Source: Azolla caroliniana
Taxonomy: Eukaryota; Plantae; Polypodiophyta
Direction: 5' to 3'
DNA length: 36,545 nt
Assembly: GCA_043228905.1 (NCBI GenBank)
Contig: JBHGNT010000308.1
Span: 1 to 36,545 of the forward strand
Shown: in pieces, positions 9,785-21,112 of the stretch
Layout of the letters: the number at the start of each line of letters is the position of its first letter
Position numbering within the stretch: the first letter of the stretch is position 1
Notes under the pieces: generated by a model
The model's input: only the letters and a program-made list of their open reading frames with translations
The model's database searches: none
What the model was told of the DNA's origin: nothing
Made by a program: the position numbers and the translations under genes

Positions 9785-12700
9785 TCATATATGAGATCCA
9801 TCACTTCCCAAAGATACACCTTCCCTTTCAGACCCACCCGATGAACGAGAAGAGCTTTGTGAAGTCTCATCCTCATCATCACTAGTAACCAATGCATTGT
9901 CTTCATCCAATTGCAATCCAACGTCACTGTGATTATGAGACATACTCCTTGTTTGTATCTGTAATGCGTCAACAAGCACATATGGGACCTTCTCTTTTAT
10001 TATCTTGATTGTAGTCTGTCTTAGATGGCTTGTTTTGGTCAATGAGAAGTCATACACGAGTATGTTGATATTATCAAGTGTTAGAGTAGACATGCTGGGT
10101 AGATTCTTTCTTCTCATCTTTCTACTTGTGCCTCTGACATCCTTAACCATCTCTAAAGAGTACTTCCCGGTAAATGCATCTTTGGAAGATGTATGATACC
10201 AATGAACCACAATGGATTGAACTTGATTGCCTTCATCATCCTTAATAATTTCAATGATTTTAGCAATCCAAAAGGGATGGCCCAACTTATCACCCCCAAC
10301 TAATGTTGCAACTAGCATACCAACTTGTAGCTCATGTAGACTGCCTTGCCATCTCGCCTCAACAACATGCGATAATCTTGGTCCCACGTAAATATCTCTT
10401 TGTCGTGGACGACCTAGATTATTCAATTCAAGATTATCTAGTGGTTGTAAACGAGTCGTGCTCTCCATTGATGGGCCACCAATATTCCATTCGAATTGAT
10501 TTTGTAGTGGCCATACTCCCGTAAAGTAGTTATCTAATATCGTACGTTGATGATTAAAGAAGTTATCCCACCATTCCACATCCTGATCACCAACGTACTT
10601 TTTGGTTTTCTCAATATTTTTGTTTTTTACTCAAGGCACCGCATCCAATATATCTTTTGCTCTTCAATTGAACTACTAGCAGCCAATCTTTTGTGGTCAT
10701 CATAGGGCATTTGTTCTGCACCATAAGATTACTGCATCTGGGACATGCAAGAAGAGCCTACATCCATCTTGTGGCTCCCATTGCGAACTAGATGAGTATT
10801 GTTTGGCATACAACATCGTCTAGTTGGGACCGACCGCACTTTTGTGGATGAGGAAGACGTGGTTAAAACTTATATTATTAAGCTTAGCAAGAACCCTACA
10901 TCGAGTCCCATCACCATTCACACAGAATCCTTTAGAATCATAAACTTCATCTAAATGTTGTACATCTAGCTTTGGGGTATAAGCTTTAGTGATAAACTTT
11001 GATAGCATAGGAAGTGTGAAAGCATCACATCTCACTAATTTCTTGGAGAACCGACTAAACATTTGATCTATGTGATCATGTGCGGGACCAACTAGTAAGA
11101 AGTTGACCTTAATCTTTTTATAAATACCCCTATCTACTAACATGCTTAAATAACCAAACACAGTTGAGTTCTTGTTTTCTTTTGATCCATCCCATCTATA
11201 ATCAAGTACATGTACCTTTCCAGTGATTGAGGTGCTTTTTGATGATGGTGCATAGCTTTAGATCTTTCCAACGCTTGACTTTCTCGATGTTCTTTTAATA
11301 TATTCTTCTAATTGTTTATTTCTTCATCTGATGTCCCACTCTTCGCCATACTTGCACATACATAGCAAACACCCATCCAGACCTTGCTGGGTATGACCAC
11401 ATTGTTAAACTTCAATCTCCATAATTGATTAAAATGCCGATATTATATGTAAGGTACACTTTCTAATAGCATGTCATCCTTATACGCTTGGTACACCTCA
11501 CGACGAGTGAAGTTATCTGAAAAATGTAATCTTCCAGTGGTGGGCATAACATCACATTGCTTCGAGAAATATATCTCCACCCATCTCACGACATGCTGCC
11601 CAATCAAACAATTACATGCAAATTCTGTATTATTGAAAGGTACCTGAAAAGAGAGATGATGATAGAAAAGAGAGAGAAGGAAGATATAGAAACCCAAATC
11701 TACAAAGATATATTAATAAGGAGTGATGATCATAGAAACAAGAGAAAGAAGATACATAAACTCAAGCCTACAAGGATGAATTGATCACTAGAAAAACGCA
11801 CTACATGAATAGGCAAGAAAAACACCACAAGAAAAAACTCCCCTCCCCACCCCACTCTTCTTGCTTTATATGAAGGTCTCCTCTAGTAGATAAGTTTCGC
11901 TTGCTTTCTTTTCCACGCTTTTTTTAGAGCTTTTCCATCTCCTATTCTTAGCCATGACACAACGATCTTCTAATCGTCATATCTCCCTCATCCATGCTCC
12001 AAATGTAGAGTTTTAAAAAGCTACGGATAGCTCTCGTCATAAGCTTTCTAACCCATATTTACACGTTATATTTGGGTCTCAAACGAGAGAGTTATGAGAG
12101 TTTGTTTCTGACTGCTTTTTGGTGGTCTGCTTTTTCCTTCTTTTACTTTTCTCCATCTTTCTTGCTTTTAGATTGACTTATACTTGAAACCTTAGCTCGT
12201 GTTCTTGGCCTTCGGGTGTGAATGATCCATACCTTATATTTTTGTAGACTTCAATACCTTGAATTCTAAAAACACTTTCACAGTACCCACAAGCCCTTAT
12301 CTAATCGATGTTGAATTCTCTAGAGCCTCATGTTACCAATGCTATAAGCAATATTAAAAGTTACTCGAGAACTCTTCATACTAAGTGAGACGTAATATTC
12401 CACATGTAGAGACCTTGAAACTGTCGCGTGGTCCTTAACAAGTTGCATATGTGAAATCAAGAAAGTATCTTGTTCGTCGCCATTAAGTGACAAATACTTC
12501 TGTTGCAACCCCCTCGAGTTTGCCTTTCCAAATTTTGAAAGACAAAGATTCCCACAACATGGCTTGCATATATCAAATGCAATTTGGCAATCCGAACACA
12601 AAAAAATTATATCTTTTAACACTCGTTGAGGAATTCTTTGAAAATTTAGAGGCTTATTGGCAATCCTTGTCAACGTTACATAAACTAGAATCCTCATGAT

Positions 12701-12911
12701 TTGTAACTACTTTATTATTTCGTAGTCTACCTAAGCTAAAAGGCTTGATCGAAAAAAGTGAATTTGAACTTTGCCCAACATCATCGTTGGATTGTACATG
12801 GCATCGTTTGTTATTTATACGGTTATATTCGTCGATAGAGAATAACGAGCTATCAGATAATTTAAAAGGCTCGATGGAGAATAGAGAACTTTTACTCGAG
12901 GTTGAGGACAT
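9785..12911 (-). pseudogene. DDE transposase, DUF7869/Sola2-like; broken by stops, frameshifts, a solo LTR and an internal deletion
   Basis: Minus strand: CKPCCGNLCL..LNGDEQDTFL; CDVMPTTGRLHF; FNQLWRLKFNNVVIP..VCYVCA; YMYLIIDGMDQK; ENKNSTVFGYL..FLLVGPAHDHIDQMFSRFS (family-like GHTHxxIDQxFS); C-terminal FWIAKIIEI..VVHWYH region and acidic/Ser tail. Confidence 0.8.
11645..12282 (-). mobile_element. solo LTR inserted in the transposase gene
   Basis: TG...CA termini, GTACC TSD (11640-11644, 12283-12287); inverted homolog of 29981-30622. Confidence 0.92.
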
Positions 12912-13232
12912 CTCAACTAAGGATAACTAAGCTCAACTAAATCGAAAATAGCTCAAATTTTTCTTCTATAACAAATCAAATTTAAAAATAATTTTTTACA
13001 AAAGAAAAGAAATTCTCACATTGTCATTATCTTCTCATTGTCATTCTCGCATTCCAGAAGCAAAGGACACAAAGCATCCTAGAACTTCCGTTTTTGCCTC
13101 CCCGGTCAACTCGAGTCGACATAAGCAACATGAACAAGGGAAAGAAAATTGCCAAGTATCTTCTTTTAACTATTTTTTATGACTCTCTAAAGATTCCCAA
13201 AAGATTCCATTTTATTTTTGTTCATTTTTTGC

Positions 13233-13344
13233 AATGGGAACTCGATGCAGTGCATCGAGTTCTCGTTGAAAGCAACACTCATTCAACGGGAACTTGATGC
13301 AGTGAGGGTGGCTTTCAACGAGAACTTGATGCACTCCCGTTGAA
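13233..13344. repeat. cluster of direct/inverted ~20-bp motifs with a perfect hairpin between the divergent genes
   Basis: TTCAACG(G/A)GAACT(T/C)GATGCA occurs 4 times plus a partial copy, in both orientations; GAACTCGATGCA-G-TGCATCGAGTTC at 13238-13262. Confidence 0.8.
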
Positions 13345-14649
13345 GGAGGCAAATTTTGTGATTGATATACTAGAAATAGTAACTTTATTGCTATTTTATT
13401 AGCTTTGTTTAAGTGTTTTTGATACAAGGTTACATTTAAATTCGAGTGTTTTTCTACTAATTTTCATGAACTTTACCTTTGTTATAAGGTTTAGAGTGTT
13501 TAGTTTTACAAATATTTTTATATCATTGTGGTTTTACTTGTTGTTTTGAGTGAAACGTGTCGAAAGGTACCATCTTTCAAATTGACGATTCCCTCCCCAA
13601 CGAAAAAACTTGCCGACCACATGCTTAAGCCAGAATCTCGGAAAACTTTGATTGAGTTGGGAGGTGATGGGACCTCTAAGACTAGGGAGCCTCGCCTCAA
13701 GAGCTACCCCCATGTGGAATGGACGTTGATCTATTCCAAGGAAGAAGGGGATTTGCTCCTCATACTTGCAAAATCTAAAGGTGAAGAAAAGCTTCAAGTG
13801 GGAAAGACCTTCGACTACGAGCAAATAAAGAATGTTGAATATGAGGACAATGACTCATTGAACCCGCTTTTCAATGTTGATAGCTCAGTGGGGATGCACA
13901 GAGTCCTGGTTGATGAAGGCAATTTTATAACAGACTCCTGCCACCCCAAAGCCTTAAAGAAAGATGTAGAAACAAAAACCAATTTGACTGTTGCTTTGCG
14001 TCTGTATATCAAAGGAGAACTCATGGTTGCACAAGCATGCACCCCACCGAAGCCGGCAAAAAAAGGAAAATCAGAACACAAGAAGTACAAGAAAACGACA
14101 GCATCCTGAGGAGGACGAGCCCAAAGTACTCGAGCTCATTGAAGATGAGGAGGAAGATACACAACTCGAAGTAATTCCTCCAGGTGGCCAGATTTCCTCG
14201 GGGTTCCTCACTTTAGAGCAAAATTGGATCAGAGAGAATATTGTAAATACTAAGTTGTCCGTAAGGGACAACTATTTCACGTACCAATTTGTTCTATTCA
14301 AAGGCCACCAATTGATCCACAAATAGGAAGACGGGCTCTACAGATAAGAGATCCACATTCAATGCATGTGCAGAAATTGAAAAGCAAACTGAAGATAAAT
14401 CCACATGCTACGGTAATGCTATTCTTAGTAACGGTAGATCTAGATTAGTGCCCAACTGTAGTTGACTTCAAGTATAGTTCGGCTAATGATTACACATACT
14501 ACATGATTGGAGGATCCCACTCTTCCGAAGCACGACGTCAACTTGTCAAGGAGTATCCTCTTACCCCGTTCTTCAAATATGCAGAATGTAAAGTGTAAGT
14601 TGGCCTTACACATGAAGAAGTCAAGTTGCCAACCTAGGACCACAATAGT

Positions 14650-14981
14650 TGTTAGGAAACAGGTCCCTTCGGATGGGAAGTCAGAAGAACAGTACTAATG
14701 AGCAAACTGAGCCGAGGTCGAAACCGGATGAGGAGTACCTAGCTACAGAAGACCCAGTGAGAACCGGATGACGAGTACCCGGCTACGGAGAGCCGGATGG
14801 TGCAGACCCGGTGATGAGTGCTCACCGGATGAAGAGACATATTCGTAAATATGTTCCTAAGAGTCCATTGTAACTATATTTGTAAATAGCCGAAAAGTCA
14901 TATTAGTATAAATATGACTTAGGGCAAACTTTTAGAGTTGTTGTCATTCTTGTTGGCGCAAGTGATCAGAGTGCGTAACGT

Positions 14982-15026
<45 letters not shown>

Positions 15027-15297
15027 GAGGTCATTGCCTCTGTTGTAACTGCCGCCTATGGCGAAGATAGAAAGCTCGAGGTTGTTGCCTCGGTGCTTTA
15101 CTATTGTACACTGTAACATAGTGATAGTTTGCAACCTGTGGGCTGCCGTGGTTTTTCCCGAGTTTGGGTTTTCCACGTAAACATCCTGTGTACTCTTCTC
15201 TTCTCTGTGTCGTGCATTTCGTTTCCCATTTTCTGTGTATGATTCTAAGCTCGGTTGTGGCCGAGCGTTGCGCATAGGGAGCGTGCAGTTCTTGTCA
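14650..15297 (+). mobile_element. copia solo LTR inserted in the ParB-like domain
   Basis: TGTTAGGAAACAGGTCCC...TGTCA, homologous to 5234-5909; TSD ATAGT/ATAAT (1 mismatch); removal restores the reading frame. Confidence 0.9.
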
Positions 15298-16018
15298 ATA
15301 ATGATAATGACTATAGACAGAAGATGTCATGTATAGAGCGCATTAGGTTCTTTTATCACTAGTACCTTGATGCCTTGCAAAAATTTGGTCCTAGGCTGCA
15401 TCCTGGATTGCAATGACAGTGTCTGCTTGAAGTGGGGATACTAGTTGATGAAAGTACAAAGTCTAAGGCTTGAGGAAGTATGACTCATGGTTTCAACTTA
15501 CTTTCAGAACAGGGGAGGTGTGGGAGCAAAAAGAAGGCTAAGTTGGACCAACAAGTGGAGATAAAGTCTAAGTCACGGAAAAGTGACTTAGTGATTGAAG
15601 AATAAGCCGAGGACATGAAGTTGCTTCCTTGGCGGTCACTGTAAGGGATAAAGGATGAAAGATTATTAATATCTGTATTGTCAAGAGTGGCCGCCAAGGA
15701 GTTCAACCTAGATGAAATGGTGATAGAGTTTCAAAAGTGAGTAATCTATGTGATGATTGTTGTTCATTGGATTGCTTTGTTTATTTTCTCTTTATTCTAA
15801 CCTTAGTTTCTTTTGTTTTTTTTAAGGTTATATGAAAATATAAGAGCTGATGATGAAAAAGTTGTCCCTGCCTACGTGGGAAGAAGTAGAGCAATCGTGC
15901 CCAAAAACATCATCATACAAGGCTCTTGAAGAATTCTTCATTGTGTTTAGAGAATGGGTATGTATGTTTTATGAATATTAATTGATTTTAGGATAATGGG
16001 TATCTTCTTACAATACGT

Positions 16019-16640
16019 TGTCGTGAAGAATTTCGGCCAGAGGCGGAAACCGGGAAACATTGGCTACATCGGCGGGGTGCAGCGTGTGTACGCACCCATG
16101 TACATTTAGTGTGTATAACGAGGGCGCCTTTATGGCGCCGAAGAGTAGTCAAGTCGGGACAGACGATCCCATGTAAGTCGGGGTTTATCCCACATTGTAA
16201 CGCATCCCTGTCCTTGTTCTATAAAAGGAAGGGAACGCCCTGTGTGAAAGGGTTGCCCATTTTGCATTAGAGGGTATACCGTTAGGTTTAGAATTAGTTT
16301 CTTCTTCTTCTTCTTCCCCCTTCGTGTTCGCTTAGGGTTTGCTTCAACTCATCTCCTATGCAAGACCCCGCTCGGCGCAACGAGCCCATGAGCTCCCCGA
16401 CCGACGGCTTGGCAGCCGACGACTACTGTAACCTACCTCGGTCCGGCTCGACGCCGGGAATGTATTCTTCTTTTATATATATATATACGTTTGCGTCTGT
16501 CTGTGTATATTCACGTCTTCGTTGGTGTCGGGTGCTTCCCCCTTCCTGCATTTCTTGTACTTAAGGGTGTGAGTCGGGTTGGCCTGTGTGTGTGTGAGTG
16601 TGTGTGTGCGAGTCGGTGTTAAACGCACCCTCCCTCCCTG

Positions 16641-16686
<46 letters not shown>

Positions 16687-16813
16687 GTTGCTTCCGGTGT
16701 GCTCCTAGGATGCCCCGGAGACGGTGAAGCACGACTTCCTACACTCCATCACTCCCTAGTCCAAGACCCCCGTGGTCCCGCCTTTCTCCACGCACGCGCG
16801 TAACAACGCGACA
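16019..16813 (+). repeat. 5' LTR
   Basis: TGTCGTGAAG...AACGCGACA; TATAAAA near 16220; (TA)n, (TG)n, (CT)n microsatellites. Confidence 0.95.
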
Positions 16814-16817
16814 TATT

Positions 16818-16835
16818 TGGTGAACCCGACGTGAA
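16818..16835 (+). promoter_or_regulatory. primer binding site, tRNA-Trp
   Basis: TGGTGAACCCGACGTGAA is the reverse complement of the plant tRNA-Trp 3' end (TTCACGTCGGGTTCACCA). Confidence 0.85.
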
Positions 16836-16850
16836 AGGCGGCAAGGGAGG

Positions 16851-17600
16851 ATGGAGTCGGAAGACGACGACCTTGCGGAGTTGGTGGCTGAAGTAGTGTT
16901 GGAGTCGGCACGAGTGGTGATGAGGTGAGAAGCAGCGCAATAAGCGGCTGAGCGAGTGGTCGAAAGAATCGACCGTTTCAACGGGGACAAAGTCCCATCT
17001 TACTTGGAAGCCTACAACGCGGAAATGGAGGAGCGCGGCGTAGACGAGGCGTCAAGGCTGGAGTTCTTCTGTCGGGTCGTGGCTGTCCGGATGCATGCGG
17101 AAATAAAGGAGCTCTGTGAGGCTCATAGTTCGTGGGAGGCCTTCGAAGAGGCGCTCTTGAAGGCATACGGAGGACGGCGGAAGAGCCGGGGACGGCATGA
17201 CTTCGACCAGTGGGTAGCATTGGCAAAGACCCACCGGAGCGCTACCAAGGCGTTTCGAGAGTTTGAGCGGCGGCTTGCTCGGCTCCCGGAGCAGGAACAA
17301 GGTTTGGTGGTGGCGGACAAGGTCCTATTGTTCGTCAGGTCGATCGACTGAGCGGAATGGGAGACCATCGGGATTGAGCTCGAAGACGATGATGGAGTGA
17401 ATGGGCTTACAGAGGACTGGTCGAAGGTCGGAAGGGTGTGCCAACGTCTAGACAACGAGCGAGCCGAGAAGGCTAAGAGGAAGGTACGCGACGGCGTGCC
17501 ATCACAGCGGGAAGAGGCCGAACGGCAAAGAGAGTCGGCAAGGGTCGGCGTTGGGGCCAGGATTGCGGAGGCGTACGCAACTCTCGAGGCGATGCTCTAG
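16851..17600 (+). pseudogene. gag: gag capsid-like pseudogene
   Basis: IDRFNGDKVPSYLEAYNAEM..RLEFFCRVV..SWEAFEEALLKAY..AFREFERRLARL..KVLLFVRSID; several stops. Confidence 0.7.
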
Positions 17601-18693
17601 GAAGAGGAAAGACGGAGGCTACAAGCCGAGACTGAGAAGACGGACTTGCCCCACGTGACGGCGGAAGATCAGTACGACGGTACCACGGGAGAGGGTGCGG
17701 GACGAAACACCCTCTCGACTTGCGGAGATAGAACGGCCAAGGACGAGGCCGAGATACAGATCGCGGAACCGGAACATTGGGACCAGCGGTTTCGGGCGTG
17801 TCAGCCAGAGATCCCGGTCATTGGAGAAGCAAGCCCAGACGGGGCTTGCGCAATCGGTAAGAAGACGACCGCCGACCACGAAGAGTCGGTGGCTATGGCC
17901 AAGGGCGTAAAACGGACGGGCGATTCTTTGTGTCTTCCCGCACTTGCTCCCGAGACGATGGCAGTCGGGCCCGAGTGCCCACGTGAGTCCCAAGCGGAGG
18001 AAGGCGGCGGCGAAAGGCCAAGAATCACCGGCGAGACAATACGGGGAAGGAACGGACGAAAGCCCACGGACCCGATTCCGGAGAACTTGGCATTCGGGCC
18101 CGTATGCCCATGTAAGACCGAGGAGATGGATGGCGGTACCGAGGAGTCCTGGCACGATGCCAACGAAGATGGATGGGAAACGGCATGTGAGGAGGCCGAG
18201 GATGGACGCGGCACGAGGAGATCGGCATTTCGATACGGGTGGAGCGTGATCTGGTCGTGGATCGTTCGATCGGGGCCGGATTCGGCGTGAAAGTGCCGAT
18301 ACGGAAGGGGGTGTGGGACGAGCCGCCCTCTTTTACATGGGGAGAAAGACCGACCGGGCGAAGGTCGAGAGTTGGAAGGAGAATGAAAGCCGGTCCTATG
18401 GAGTTCCTTACACCGATCCGGCTGCCGGCCCGAGTGCCGGCGTAAGTCCTATAAGAGAGATCGGTGGCGACAGGAGAACGGGACTCGGCAATCCAGAGAA
18501 TGACGAACGGACTTGAGCGAGAACCGGGCGGAGCGGACTCCCGGATGACCATTCCGGGAGGGAGGAAGAGAGTTGGCCTACGAAGAGGCCGAGGACACGG
18601 TACGTCGATACCACGGGAGAGGGTGCGGAACAAAACGCCCTCTCGGCATGCGGAAAAGGACGACCCGGGACAGGGTTGGGAAGACAAATCGGA

Positions 18694-19045
18694 GGCGGTC
18701 TACGGAGGATCCTTCACACCGGTTCTAGAGACTTCGGCAGTCGGCAACGTGGTCGACGTAAGACCAAGATACTGACAGTAGCGGCGAGGTGACAAAGGCA
18801 AAAGGGCTACGGATGGGCGGTCTACGGAGGATCCTTCACACAGGTTCTAGAGACTTCGGCAGTTGGCAATGCGGTCGACGTAAGACCAAGATATTGACGG
18901 TGGCGGCGAGGTGACGAAGGCAAAAGGGCTACGGATGGGCGGTCTACGGAGGATCCTTCACACCGGTTCTAGAGACTTCGGCAGTCGGCAACGCGGTCGA
19001 CGTAAGACCAAGATACTGACGGTGGCGGCGAGGTGACGAAGGCAA
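18694..19045 (+). repeat. 122-bp tandem repeat, about 3 copies
   Basis: GGCGGTCTACGGAGGATCCTTCACAC... starts at 18694, 18816 and 18938. Confidence 0.92.
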
Positions 19046-20328
19046 GGGCATAAGGAAGTCCGGTCCTACGGGATCCCCACACTTAACCAAAGACTCCGGC
19101 AGTTCGGCCAACGTGGCAACATGAGACCGAGAGAGAAGGTTGGTGGTGGCGGGAAACGGGACCCAACTACGCGAAAGACACGAGGAGAGTCCGGGAGGGA
19201 CTCAAACAAAAGACACCCGAATTTCGGCAAGCATAGAAACGGAGTCCGGTCCTATGGGACCCTCACACCGATCCGGAGACCCCGGCTGATCGGCCAACGC
19301 GGCAACGTAAGACCGATGGAGAAGGACGGTGGCGGCAGGGAACGGGACCCGACGACACGAGGTTTCGGAAGGAGCCGGTAGGGGCAAACACGGGGAGGTG
19401 TGTTAGGCCGGAAAGGCACACCTGGGACAGAACAAGAGTCTCGCAAGTGGCCATCGCGGGCCGGATAAAAGCGTGACTACGGGACGGTGTTCGGCGCGGG
19501 TGGGGCCGAACGAAGGAAGTGGAAGACGGCATAAGGGAGGTGCCAGGGACGAGGTGACATGTGCCTAGTGGACTGCACAGGGTCGGAATCAGGGGATGGC
19601 AAGAGAGGCTGGAGTAGGATCCTCCACACTCGCTTCGTAGATCTCGGTAGCTCCGTCGAAGTAGCGAAGACTAACACGGCAAGCCGGGATGACAAGTTGG
19701 TGGGGGCGAGGGGACGATGGCAAACGGAAGACTCAGGACTTGTTGCAGCAACACGAAGACGGGAAGGGCCATGCGGGCTACTACGGGCTGTTCCTCGGAT
19801 GCAAAGGACACCAGTATGTGGGGAGCGGCGATGCACGATCTGGCCGGAAAAGGGGCCGACAAGGCGTGCAATGAACCGGAGTACGATACAGGCAGTGCCA
19901 AACAACGGACGAGGGTATGTAGCACACGGAGATGCCGGAGCGAGAAGGCGAGCGCGGAGAAGACCGAAAAGGGATCCTCCACACCGTTCCGGAGACCATG
20001 GCGGTTCGAGCTGATGAGGTGATGTAAGACCATGGAGAAGGAAGGTGGCGGCGAGAGGACAAGGGCATACGACGAGAGCGAGGCGTTCATACGGCCGAAC
20101 AAGGGCCAGCGGAAGTACGCGTACTACGGAGATCGCGGCAGAGGACCCATCGACGGGTCGAACGAGCCTACGGGGAGGTAAGCCGAAGGAAGAATCGAAG
20201 CCGACGGATCAAACCGGCAACGAGCCGGGATGCGGATCACGGAAGACCAGTTTCTCACCGGCCGAAATCTCTCACCCTTCAACCGGACTTGGCACATACC
20301 GGTGGATGTGCGGTTAGGTGGGTGCGGA

Positions 20329-20950
20329 TGTCATGAAGAATTTCGGCCAGAGCCGGAAACCAGGAAACATTGGCTACATCGGCGGGGTGCAGCGTGTGTA
20401 CGCACCCATGTACATTTAGTGTGTATAATGAGGGCGCCTTTATGGCGCCGAAGAGTAGTCAAGTCGGGACAGACGGTCCCATGTAAGTCGGGGTTTATCC
20501 CGCATTGTAACGCATCCCTGTCCTTGTTCTATAAAAGGAAGGGAACGCCCTGTGTGAAAGGGTTGCCCATTTTGCATTAGAGGGTATACCGTTAGGTTTA
20601 GAATTAGTTTCTTCTTCTTCTTCTTCCCCCTTCGTGTTCGCTTAGGGTTTGCTTCAGCTCATCTCCTGCGCAAGACCCCGCTCGGCGCGACGAGCCTGTG
20701 AGCTCCCCTCCCCGACCGGCGGCTTGGCAACTGACGACTATTGTAACCTACCTCGGTCCGGCTCGACGCCGAGAATGTATTCTTCTTTTATATATATATA
20801 TACGTTTGCATCTGTCTGTGTATATTCGCGTCTTCGTTGGTGTCGGGTGCTTCCCCCTTCCTGCATTTCCTGTACTTAAGGGTGTGAGTCGGGTTGTCCT
20901 GTGTGTGTGTGTGTGTGTGTGCGCGGGTCGGTGTTAAACGCACCCTCCCT

Positions 20951-20982
<32 letters not shown>

Positions 20983-21112
20983 TCGGTTGCTTCCGGTGTG
21001 CTCCTGGGATGCCCCGGAGACGGTGAAGCACGACTTCCTACGCTCCATCACTCCCTAGTCCAAGACCCCCGTGGTCCCGCCTTTCTCCACGCACGCGCGT
21101 AACAACGCGACA
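20329..21112 (+). repeat. 3' LTR
   Basis: Direct repeat of 16019-16813, preceded by G-rich GGTTAGGTGGGTGCGGA. Confidence 0.95.

Larger units (their letters stand above)
16019..21112 (+). mobile_element. non-autonomous (gag-only) gypsy-like LTR retrotransposon inside an intron of the methyltransferase gene
   Basis: Two highly similar LTRs, tRNA-Trp PBS, decayed gag, no RT/IN motifs, 4-bp ACGT TSD (16015-16018, 21113-21116). Confidence 0.92.

Noticed and set aside
16358-16803. Short ORFs within LTRs (also 5015-5473, 11557-11784, 14919-15275, 20649-21051, 30800-31234)
   Set aside because: They lie inside LTRs or microsatellites and have no protein-like signal.
17619-20317. Many overlapping GC-rich ORFs as pol or accessory genes
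   Set aside because: No PR, RT, RH or IN motifs; ORFs in all six frames are expected at this GC content.
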